From positions 5,873,419 to 5,937,418 of the forward strand of contig CM082578.2 in the NCBI GenBank assembly GCA_040954595.2: a DNA stretch of 64,000 nucleotides, written 5' to 3'. Of the stretch, positions 40,985 through 53,100 are shown piece after piece. The translations under genes were made by a program, and so were the position numbers. Positions within the stretch are counted from its first letter, which is position 1. The number at the start of each line of letters is the position of its first letter. Below the pieces are notes generated by a model. It saw nothing but the letters and a program-made list of their open reading frames with translations, ran no database searches and was not told the DNA's origin. The DNA is from Balanoglossus misakiensis. Taxonomy: Eukaryota; Animalia; Hemichordata.

Positions 40985-41790
40985 TGAAGTTTCGAGTTTG
41001 TTTCTTTGGAAATGTGTGTTTCGTGATGCTGTCTTCAGATGAATCGTGGTTACCGTACTATTTTGCTGTTTATCTTATTTTACACATGAATTCAATTTAA
41101 CTAGAAGGAGTTACTATATATAGCTAGTGATAACTTTGAAAAAACGCTGATACCGAATAATACAACAGCTAGTATATGTCTACAAATAGGTATGTGGTGT
41201 AGTTAAAACTAAAAATATACTTTGATAGGTATATACTATTTTAGAAAGTAAACAACAAAAAACAGGAAAACATTTTTAAAATACCCATAAAATTATGAAA
41301 ATACCAACATGGACATATACTTTGATAGAATGCATTTTATTGTCAATAAAGGTATTGGAATATTTTTGTGTCGACTAGTACCAGAAAGTTAAAAATTTCC
41401 CAAAAAGTATACTAAATTGTCTCAAATGTTTGTAGTTTCGAGTTTGTTTCTTTGGACATATTGGCGATGCTGTTATCTTCACATGAATCGTGGAATTATT
41501 TTGCTGTTTATTTTACTTTTTACATAAGAATACAATTTAACTAGAACGAGATACGTGTTGGTTAATTAATAGCTAGTGATAATTTTGAAAACACGGTGAT
41601 ACCGAATAGTACGGCAGCTAGTATATGTCTACAAATTGGTAAATGTGGTGTAGTTAAAACATCGTTTGGGTATAGAATGAATTTTGTAATTGTCAATAAA
41701 TTTATTGTGTTTTTGGCATTTTTTAGTATCGACTAGTAATAAAAATTTAAATGTACCCCAAAGTACGTTGTAGATGTAAATGTTTTAGTA
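40985..41790. repeat. Degenerate tandem duplication (~440-bp unit), with a further partial copy near 42300-42500
   Basis: GTTTCGAGTTTGTTTCTTTGGA...ATGAATCGTGG...GATACCGAATA...AGCTAGTATATGTCTACAAAT occurs at ~40989 and ~41435; related to 20003-20130. Confidence 0.7.
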
Positions 41791-44700
41791 CTCGGCCCTT
41801 GTATAGTGGCTGTTTTTGTCGATGACACCCGGGTGGGGAGGGGATGGTGTTGTCCAACCATTTTCATTCGGGAATGCGCGGCCCAAGTTCCAAGCACAAA
41901 TTATACTCCGACGTATGACCCATTGTTAGCTATTTCTAGTCAAAGATTTGCGAAATCTTCGAGTCGCAGTGATCGATATTTTTTTTGCGATATTTGCACG
42001 TGAAGGTTTGTTTCAGAACTTAGCAATGGCCTGTGTTATCAACCCCCCATTTAGAGATTTATTTCTGACGAAAAGTCGACCCATGTTTAGGGGTTATAAA
42101 CCAGCCAACCAATGTATTACACATCAAAGTAACTTGGAAACAAGTTTAAAAGTACCGACGCAGTGTTGGCCGTGTTGTACAGCTGTATAATACAAATTAC
42201 CATTAACCACATTGTTTGCAACGATGATCGGTGGGATCTTTGAAAAACGCTCAGACCGAACAAGACAGCGACTATATAGTAGATGTATATTTCTATAAAG
42301 TGGTAAATGTGGTCTATTTCTGTTAAAGGCCGTCTTTAAAAATATACATTGGGGTCAAAATTTTGAAGCAACCCATATGGTACTGGTATAGAGTGCATTT
42401 ATTGGAATGAAGGTATTGTATCTTTCATTTGGTATATTTATAACATGTACCGACTAGTAATAAAAAGTTTAATATATGCCAAAAATATGTTGTTGATGCA
42501 TTTATTTCAGTCCACGACCCATTTAAGTTTTTAAAAACACCTGAGCTAATGTAGTACTATTTTCTCTGCGCGATTTTTTGTGGGGGTGTGCTTTTTCAAA
42601 CTTCCTCATTTCAGGGAAAAGTATGGTTCTCGGGACGCAAAAAATACAGTCCGTCTCAATGTACAGTTCGTTTTGTATTCACAAGGAATTGCCACACGTA
42701 TACAAACTTCTTGTGTTTGTATATATATAATCCGTAGAACCACGGGGTAGAGTTAAGTTCAGGGAAAATATATACATACCATTGATATAAACTGAATACG
42801 TTTTGTTGTCAGTCAGCCTTGTTTTCTTCTTCTGATTTTCTGTTTCCGGTACGATTCTAACAGGGACCCTACTTTGGGGAACTCTTGCTACCGCCTGACC
42901 GTCTCCTATCTTGTCCAGCAAGGAAAGGTATGAGGTCAGGTACATTTTGTAGACTTACCCACGTCTATATGGGCTTCATTTCAGAAAACGTTTTCCGAGT
43001 GTCTCCATATAGCATGTGTGGAGTTAAGGCAGCGAGTGTGAGCGCGTAACTCGTTGAACCTACAGCTCAGCCCCGAATTCGAGACTCAGCTCTGTACCAG
43101 AAACTCGCTCACAGCAAGCAGACACGCGAAAAGTATTACCAGTAAGTCCAAATAGTGAAATAAAACTCCGAGTAAAACTTAGCATATTAAGAGAGGTGGA
43201 AACGGGGTGACAGAACTCCTCAGAACTAAAAACTCCCGCAAGTGTCGAAGCAGGCCGACTGCACATAAACAAAACAGTTGAGTACCACCATGCACCATTG
43301 ACAACTAAAACAATTTTATGCATTGATATCGAAAAATTCTGATAAGTCGCACTTGAATAGAGAACATTACGCGTTAAATCTCAAACTCTAAAACCCTTCT
43401 CGTAAAATCTCATTTTTGGGTGTCATACACGACAGGCAAAGTTGAAAAATCGTAAGTCTTATTCACTTACAGCTCATGTTAGTCGCAATTTTATCATTGA
43501 CAGACCACGTGGATGTTGTTTACATAGCCAAACTGCCTAATGCGTCAAAGTAAAGGGTCACAAATCACCGAAAATAACCGAAGAAGCTTCGCACAAATGG
43601 TGAAAAACTTTGGTGATTAATTATTCATGACGTAACGCAATGGCGATTGCCGATTGGTCAATTCTACTATGCCACCCTGAGATATTACCCAGACTGCTCA
43701 TTGGCGTACGGACATTGGATGCATCCATCTTGTTTTTGATCACGTGGTCAGACCCTCCAGTTTGCATATGCTCACACAGGGGATAAGGAATCTTGAAATA
43801 CTCTTATGTATATACTCTTTGAAGTTACACACCTTTAGAGGTAACGCAGCTAGTGATGGGAATGGGGCAGTGGACGACCCGACTAGTCTGGTTCCCTGTC
43901 TCTTTCGCACGCCGCTGGAGCTACTCTGCATCCAGCGACTGGGATTGGGCAGGGTCAGACTAGGAAAATAGCAATGGACACTTCACAATCTGGAACTATT
44001 ATAGAAGTACAGAAGCCATACTTGTCTAAGACTATAAAGACACAAGCTGCGGCCTCATTAATTTACGTGTCACACAATAAAATGACATGAAAGAAGAAAA
44101 TACTCGTGATAGATCTTGAGATTAAACAATTAATTTTCTGCATTCAATTCAATTCACTTTAGTTAAATATTAATAATGCGAGTTAATGTCATTTCGTTAC
44201 TTCTGGCCCCGGCCAAGGAAAAATGAGAATGTGTATCGGGAGAAAAATAAGAGTATCAGCTATATGTTAAATTGCATTACAAATTTAGACAACATTTCAT
44301 ACACAATGCCTCTTGTAATCTGTCGTTATACTGCTCAAATTGCAATTTATTAATTTAGACACCGTACATGTATCACACGCCGCGCCGCCATTCGCAAGTA
44401 ATTCGTAAAATTCATATAGTAGCCGATGGCATTTGCGGTTAAAACTTTCCGTACTGTATCATATGGATGACGTGTTTAATAAGTTTGTGGTCATTCCAGA
44501 CAGTTGAGAAATGCTTTGCTTCTGCTCAATGACTACTTTTTTTCGGGGGGGGGGGGGGTGTTTACTGCAGGCCACTGATCTGTGTTGAATATTGGACGTG
44601 AATTGCTTAAAAAATTGCCAATTGTTTGGACAATTTTCCCTAACCTTTGACCTTTATTCGATACATTTTAATCTTTATATGTGCATACAGTACATGTATG

Positions 44701-46056
44701 TAATTCCACGCTTTCACACCAGGCCTACAGTTTAAGCTTTTGTATCAGAACAGACATGACGCATACCGCATGGCAATTATTTGACATTAATAGTACGTAG
44801 GAAACAGATTAGATGGATGGGTTTATACAGTCAATATCCATGTATTGACCAGCCATTTAAGAGCATACGCCTGTCTGCCCGAGAAAACTGTTGAGTCGCT
44901 TCAAAATGTATGCTTAGAGGCACAGAAGTCTGGTTGCCCGATTATCTGAAGAGCCTGTAACTCAGACAAAAGCTACGGCCTTTTCAATTTACCTGCCACA
45001 CAATAACAATGCCAGAAAATGACATTTAATTCGCTGACACAAAAGAAGCAAAAACGTTCGTGACAGAAATAGGAATTGAACAATTGTTACAGGCATTTCA
45101 ATTTAGTTTATTATTGATAAAAGCAATTTAACGATCTAATAATGTCATTTGACACCTCTTGAAGAATATATATTCGGGAGAAAAGAAACACAGAGTGTCA
45201 GGTATACTAGATAGAAATTGCATTACAAATTTAAATGTGAAGTCATCAAAAAAGCCTCCAGCACGCGCGCACAACTCTTATAATTCCTTTCCTGGCCATA
45301 TAAGTTTTCGATATATGACAAAAATCTTTGAAAAAACTTCTTTCAAGAACTATTTCTCAAGAACCATTAGACAGTTCGGAATGGTTGGATGACTACTTAT
45401 AGATATGTGCGGCGACATTTGCATAGTGGTTCTCTTAGATTAACCATATCTGCATAATAGGCTTCTCTTTATTTCTTTTATCTTGTGCATATGTAATTCC
45501 ATGCTAAAAAGTGACCAGTGGGGTTCGTTTTGTCGACGATGGATCAGCCCGGGCCCAAAATTTAACCCAACTTCTACAACATTCGCATATGTCATCAGTA
45601 TATACAGTATATGTGTTCCTTGTGTTTTCTGGAACACGTCACTCTATGGAGCCATTCATTAAATGACAACTTTTCAAATATTTTTTTAATTACGCTCCTG
45701 CCTTATTCAAAGTTTTCATAATTATGCTAAGGGGATTTTTTCAGTCAGAAAATAAAGATACTTGAACACCCTTGCTCGGGAATGTAAAATCTGCAATACA
45801 GTGGTAAAAACTGACTAATATTGGATTCCCCACATCAATTCGCGGGCACAGAACCATTGGGCCAAACCGCATCCCGTAGATAGACTCAATTACTCTTACT
45901 AAAATAACAAGCACTTTGCAAAAAATGTCAACGTAGTTTCATTGAAGTCCGTTGATTTATACGATATTTCATGGTATACAATCACAAAATAATCCCAATT
46001 GTGGTCATCTTTCAGAAAAGGGACTAGTCTTGTACAAATGCTTAAAAGCATAACAT

Positions 46057-46326
46057 CAGATGATACAGGCAATGTGATTATACAAATTATCCGACGGTAT
46101 GCGATTGGCTGGCGTACGACTGAATGACGTGAATTAACACCACCAATAAAAGCGTGTGGGTGTGCCTATAGCAACTGACTGATGTACTTGTATGTCACAA
46201 CCCTGTATACCCCACAGTTTAAATTGTGCTTATGCGTGTAAAACAGGATGAAATACTGAGATGTTTCAACTAGTCCTATTTTCGCTGTTATTGCTATACT
46301 GTACGCGCATAACCGAAGGAACAGGT
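46057..46326 (+). repeat. Direct duplicate of the SRCR gene promoter plus signal-peptide exon (partner 46948-47215)
   Basis: ~270-bp near-identical repeat containing ATG 46261, [21 protein letters not shown], and donor GTACAT at 46325. Confidence 0.85.
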
Positions 46327-46870
46327 ACATGTATATAGTCTGATAGGATGTCTCCCCAATTCCCCCCTAACGGCTGCATTTGGGGTGCTCATACCAACTC
46401 CTAGAATAAATTTACAAAATTTATGGTGTATTTTTTCAATATCGGTACAATTGTGAGTTCCCCAAATAGCACTTCCATACAGGAGAATTGGGAGAATCTT
46501 ACAGTCAAAGATCCTAAAAGCAATATCTGGTTGTAAACCATCTAGTTTATAAAGAATACTTTGCAAGCTGTACAGTGCTTTCCTTGCTTGATCAGCTATG
46601 TACTTTTGTGCTTGGAACCAAATACCAGAGCTAGAGAAAACAATCCCCAAATAATTATATTTTGAAACCACTTCAATTCTCTGATTTTCCAAGAACCATT
46701 TCTCAGTTTTCTTCAACCTTCCTGCTTTACGAAAAGCAATGATTTTTGTTTTGCTTAAATTAACTTTGAGTTTCCATTGTTTACAATAATCAGCTAGTCT
46801 GTTAAGCAAACGTTGTAAGCCAATTGGGGTAGAACTAAATAACAAGAGATCGTCAGCATATAACAAATAG
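46327..46870 (-). mobile_element. Non-LTR retrotransposon RT fragment (L2/CR1/RTE-like clade)
   Basis: LLYADDLLLFSSTPIGLQRLLNRLADYCKQWKLKVNLSKTKII...YNYLGI...ILPILLYGSAIWG...AVRGELG (RT YADD and thumb). Confidence 0.9.
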
Positions 46871-47149
46871 AAAAGTTTTAACAAATTACAGTATACCACA
46901 GTTTCGGTACCCTGCGCAAGTGCTTCCCCAAGATCATTTATGTAATATCAGATGATACGAGCAAATTTAATTATACAAATTACCCGACGGTATGCGATTG
47001 GCTGGCGTACGACTGAATGACGTGAATTAACACCACCAATAAAAGCGTGTGTGCCTATAGCAACCGACTGATGTACTTGTATGTCACAACCCTGTATACC
47101 CCACAGTTTAAATTGTGCTTATGCGTGTAAAACAGGATGAAATACTGAG

Positions 47150-50100
47150 ATGTTTCAACTAGTCCTAATTTCGCTGTTATTGTTATACTGTACGCGCATA
47201 ACCGAAGGAACAGGTAAGAGTAAACTTTGTAGTTTTGCAAGTAGTTCCTTGGTATTAATATTATTCCTGAAGATTACCATAGACCATTTTGGTTTTATTT
47301 GTTTGCGGTTGTTCGACTGAATTTGTGATTAAATTCCGATAACTGAACTGTAATGAATGTCAACAACTGTTTCATGGAACTGTCATGAAGTCGCTTTGTA
47401 AAAGTCGCAGTTTTTAATAAATTGGATTAGACGTTCTACAGTCAGGTAGAGCGTCTCTGTCACTGGTCGTGTTTCCGTTTAAAGCGGACATTTTGTTTAA
47501 AATAGAAAATTGAACATTGACAATGGATCGATGTTCAAATTGCTTCATTTCAGCAAAATAGTTGATCAACTTACTGTCATGATATCATTTCGGTGCTTGG
47601 TATGGGCTGGAAATCATTCTATTGATGTCATTCAGCTAAAAGATTCATTCCGCGTTCGATTGAATAGACTTCCCTATCCAATTCTCTAGTCGGTAGTTTG
47701 AATGTGAAAAGCATCCCGTGAGTGTGGAGATGTGTTTTTTTGTTTTGTTTTTGTTTTGTTAATACTTTTATTGGGAAAACAAACAGTCATTTTGATACAT
47801 ACATGTAAGTAAATTTTAAAAAGTTTGACAATTTTTTTGGAAGCATAACTTAATGAAAAGAAGAGAAAAAAAAATCTAAACAATCTGGTATTCTCAGTTT
47901 GTTATATACCTCATAAGTGACGACCATTTTTTAAGATGAAAATACATTATATGATTTGTAGTTGCAATCTTAAGTTCAATTTCATGTATGTTTTTGAGCT
48001 GAACAATAAACCCAGTGATATTCGGAATTAGGTTATTTAATTTACAGTAGTAAATGTACATTCTAACTTGCTTTGCTATAAAATTGACTATCAAAGTCTC
48101 GTTAGGGTCACCCAAAACCATACATAACACTGATGGTGTTTTTTTCAATTTAAGAGGGATACCCAACGTAAACAGTACATTGTAGGTCTCTCCAGAGAGC
48201 AGTAGTACAATTGCAACTATGAAATAAATGATCGATGGACTCTGTTTCCACTTTACATAAATCACAAAGAGCAGTTGGAAATTTCTGTGGATTGTACCTG
48301 TTTAGCTGTTTGTTTGTATACAAAATATTGTGAAGTAATTTAAATTGAAAAGCTCTAGCCTTACAATGTATTGATAACTTGTAAGTGAAGTGATACATTT
48401 TTTCCAGTGTTGCTTGACTTTTTGGAGTCTCTATAATAAATTCGTTCAAATTACATTTCAAACTCTTTTTCATTAAAGTGTCTAAATTACAGATTGTGCC
48501 ATTCAATGAAATACAAAGCTCATGTGCACTCTGTGCTTTGGCACAATTGTTTAACTTGTTAGGAACAGAAAGTGCCAATCCTAACCACTTTAATTTATGA
48601 TTTAAATTCACGCCTTTCTGCTCAAATACAGAGTGACCATGATACTCTATTAAAACCTGTAAACATGTCAGAGATGAAATTAAAGCCAGCGTCAGAAAAA
48701 GCCTTATAAAATACCGACTTTCCTCCAACAAGGACATTTCTGTTGTTCCAAATCACCTATAGTCCGTAGTATTTGGAATAATGTTGATTTCTGACCATGT
48801 GACAAGGCAATTATTTATAAAACTGGAAACTTGCACAGGCAAAAGATTGGTGCGGAAGTTACATTTAAAAAGTAATTTTCCACCGACTTTCTCTAAACTG
48901 TGTACGACAAAGTGTTTCCAAGGGTGTTTACATTCCACATTCAACGGGCGTTTAATCAGTAATACTTGCTTTGTTTTTATCATCACTTCTAAATTGGGCA
49001 TTTTTAAGCCTCCTTGGCCCACCTCCCCTATCATTACATTCCTGCGAACCCGGTCTTGACCATTCCAGAGAAAATTATAAATTAACTTATGAACCCGACC
49101 TATTACTTCATTAGGAAAAATTACATGTGTAAGCACATACGTTAATTTGGAAATTGCCAATGACTTAATAACTTGAACTTTCCCAATGATGGTCAAATTC
49201 CTATTTTTCCACATATTGAGGACCTTTTTTAGATTTTCGACTGGGGTAACAATATTTTTTTCCTGGGCAATTTTTTCATTATAAGAAAAATGAGTCCCCA
49301 CAATCTTGATAGTAGGGGTGGGCCACTTTACCCCGAACGCCTCATCTTTTCGAAGTCTCCATTTCCCAAGCCTTATAGAAGCATTATAAAAGGAAGTTAA
49401 CATTTCAAAAACAATTCTTACAGAGTTTTCATTTGATAAAAAACAGGTCATATCGTCGGCGAACGCCGACTCCTTAAGGATGTACGCGCAGAACATAAAC
49501 CGGAAACAGTGCGCGCCCGGTCTTTTTCCCATAGGATTACATTGAAAATTGCTAGAAAACAAACTTCTACTATTGTCATTTTCACAAAATTTTACACATA
49601 GCTCAGTCCAGCAAATATAAATTCATTGGTCAAATAAAATATAGGGGTCACCGCGCTCTATTTTGAGATAAATTGCGTCAAAAATTTTGCCCATAGACAA
49701 ACCATTGGTGAAAAATGCTGAGTCAGCAGTTTTCTTCTATTATCGACTAAATTCAAGGCTCTGTATTTCAAAAACAAGCGCGGTGACCCCTATATTTTAT
49801 TACGGATTTTCATTATACATACAAAGGAGAATCCAAAAATCCACAATTAAAAAAAATGACAATACTTTCAATTTTACTGAACGTACATCCTTAACACTGC
49901 CAATATTTATACCACTAATCTGTCGGTTACTTCTTATTGAGTGCAAGAGTGTTTCTAAAACCACAATAAATAACATGGGTGACAAAGGGTCACCTTGGCG
50001 CACTCCCTTCTCAAGCTTAAAATAGCCAGTCCCAAACCCATTGTTCATTACAGTGCTTTCGATGTTAAAATATAAAGCTTTAACCCAGTTGATGAAGGAC

Positions 50101-53100
50101 ACTCCAAAATTAAAGGATGACAACGTATTGTAGAGATAATCCCTTAATAACTTACAGTGTCAAAAGCTTTTTCGAAATCTATGGCTAATAAAATTGCTGA
50201 AATATCAGCATTACAGGTGTTGTGAAAAATATCATCAATCAAACGGATATAATCACCAATGTTTCTACCCCGGACAAAGGCTGCTTGGGAGTCACCAATT
50301 AAGCAGGGCAAAACACTCTCAATACGTTTAACAAGGCATTTTAAAGCAAGCTTCATGTCAACATTCATAAGGGAGATTGGTCTCCAATTTTTCAGATAGA
50401 GTTGATCCTTCCAGGTTTATCAATCAGAGTTATGACACTCTGTTTCTGTTAGTTTGAAAATTCCCCCGTTCTGTAACCATAATTGAGAGAATTCAAAACT
50501 AAATTCCCCAACTGTGGCCTAAAAGCCACGTAAAATTATTTGTAAGGCCATCATTGCCGGGGCTTTTGTTGTCTGGAAGGGAGAGAAGAACAGAGAAAAC
50601 TTCCCCAGGGGTCAAAGGACCCTCACACAAAACTTTATCATTCTCTGACAACATTGGTAAATTTGCATCCATGAAATAATGCACATCGTTGGAGTTTGTG
50701 GCGCACCTTGAGTAAAGCTTGGCATAAAACTGCTTAATTTCACACAAAATATTCTTTGGGTTGTCTATAATTATATACTCATCTTTCTTCAAATTGCTGA
50801 TACTCGAGTTGCGTTTATTTACCTTTTCCAAACTTAAGAAGAACTTGTTACATTTTTCATGTATATGCGCCCAATATAGAAAAAGAGCATGTAACTTTTC
50901 TAGAAGAAATGTGTTTTTTACTGGTCAAATATGTAACCGATCCCAACACAATTGTCAATTTAGGAGGGGATTTAAATTTCACCTATAATATTGCCCCTTG
51001 ACCGCTCAGGAGGCAATCCTAAACCATGGGGAAAGTCCATTGCTCTTTTAGATAGGATATCTGACGTTTTCAATTTGATTGACATATGGAGGGTGCGTCA
51101 TGAAGAAAAGAGAGGTTTTACCTGGAGAAGGCGCAGGCCTCATATCACTCAGAGTAGACTTGATTACTTTTTCATCTCTAGCGCCTTACAGCAACAAATC
51201 AGTAGTGTTCAGATTATTCCTGGAGTGGATTCCGACCATTCAGCTGTCTCTTTGGTGTATAAATATTGCCAAAACGAGCGTGGTCCTGGCTACTGGAAGT
51301 TTAATTCTAGTTTAATTTACGACAGTACTTTCAAAACCATTCTGCACGATAATATAGACGAGTGGATTCGTGAATCCACTAGGTTAAATGATGGGGTTCG
51401 CTGGTACTTCATAAAATTTAAGATTAGAGGTTTTGTGATTGATTACAGCAAAACAGTGGCGAAAAAACGTAGACAAACTTTAAAGAATCTTGAACTGTCG
51501 GTGAAGTTTCTTGAGGGTCTTTGCTTTAATCGTCCTACAGTGCAAAATTACGAGATGCTCGAGTCAGCGAAAAGTGATTTGGAAAAGTGTGTGGAGATAT
51601 TTCCAAAACCAACTTCACCGCCATAGTTCTATATTATTTTATATGCACAGCCTTGTTTATCAGTTGCAATAACTGTAGCCTTAGTGGTGGGCTGGTTTAT
51701 CGCTGTCGGCTGGCCGTCAGCGGATCAGGCCAGCCGACAGCGATACACCAGCCCACCACCAAGGTTACAATAATATTATTGCAGCTACATGTTCATATGA
51801 CTTTCTCCCAGAATGAGCGGGCCTTTTCGAAGCCTTGTCCTCACTACTGGTTGTTTCCTAGTAACAGAGTTTAAGAACATGGCAACAAGAAAAATATAGT
51901 ACTATTTAGTAAAGAATTATGAAACACTAAGAGAAGACATTTTTCAGCCCGTGCCAAGCACCAAAATGATATCAAGAGATGGAAGAAAATGAGAGCGAAC
52001 AGTCGCTGTATAAAGAAGACAGGATATTTTCTAAACTGTATACCAAGCGTCAAATTGATATCATGCCATTAATATGGCCAATTCTTGTTGAGATTTATTT
52101 GCCTATTTCACGTTATAAATACAACTCTTGTGTCATTATTACATATTGCTCTACTCTTGGATTGTGTCTACTGTAAAATGTTTGTCGCTGTGAATACGCG
52201 TAAATATATTAACAATTTCTCATTTTCATACCCCTGACTCCCTCGATACCCCTAAAATTGGAGCCCCCTACAGCCTCAGCCTGCGTGGTTAATAAAGTTC
52301 AAGCTAGCTCCCACCGACACGATGAATATTCTCTCGGGGGAATTTCTAACAGTATTGACTATTTGCACAAGAAAGTAATGAGATCGTAAGACAATAATGA
52401 ATCTCTGTGTTTTGCTCAAGAAAATATTGCTCTGGTTAATATTCATTTATTCCTCTGTAAGGGGAACATTCTAGGTTAAAATTTATGATGAGAAAAAAAA
52501 GCTTTTAACAGTTCAATAGTTGCATCTTATCAATGCATGTAAAACATGTTATTTTCGCGAGTTGAAATTTTCTCGATATCGAGAGAGGCCACTGTTACTA
52601 CGCTAGTATTAATTTTCGCGTTCTCGTACTGCTTCGTTATCTCCGAAAAACTACTATTGTCGCATTCGTAGCAAGATTTTTTGTCCACAAACCACGATGT
52701 TTAAACTAATTGCACGATGTGTAGCAAAACCATGAAACCGCAACCATTTTAATAAATTTCAAACTGAAAACATTTTGTTGCGTGTGTGTTTGACTATAGT
52801 TCTATTATTTTACCACATTGTTCTTTCATAACTATATTTACGCGAGTCTTTATTTTCGCGTTTTTTGGTTCTCGCGTATTTCGCGCAAATGTATTGCTCG
52901 CGAAAATAACATGTTTTACAGATCACTTACGAACTAATTTCAGCATAGCTGCAAGTGCAGTAACTATACTGACGTACACCACTAATATCAAAAGTTAGTG
53001 CAAAACTACATTTTACTATATCATAAAATACTTCATGGGACATTGAGATGACCGTGAGATACATACCTGTACATTTAATTTCCACTGAGTTTGTGATGAT

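Noticed and set aside
43744-43971. Candidate first exon (CCAAT boxes, MLTQGIRNLEILLCIYSLK, donor AG|GTAACG)
   Set aside because: Weak hydrophobic core; the exon at 47150-47213 is a much better signal peptide with a stronger donor
44010-45235. Diverged direct repeat (~44010-44290 vs ~44920-45235)
   Set aside because: Old and non-coding, with no termini or functional clue
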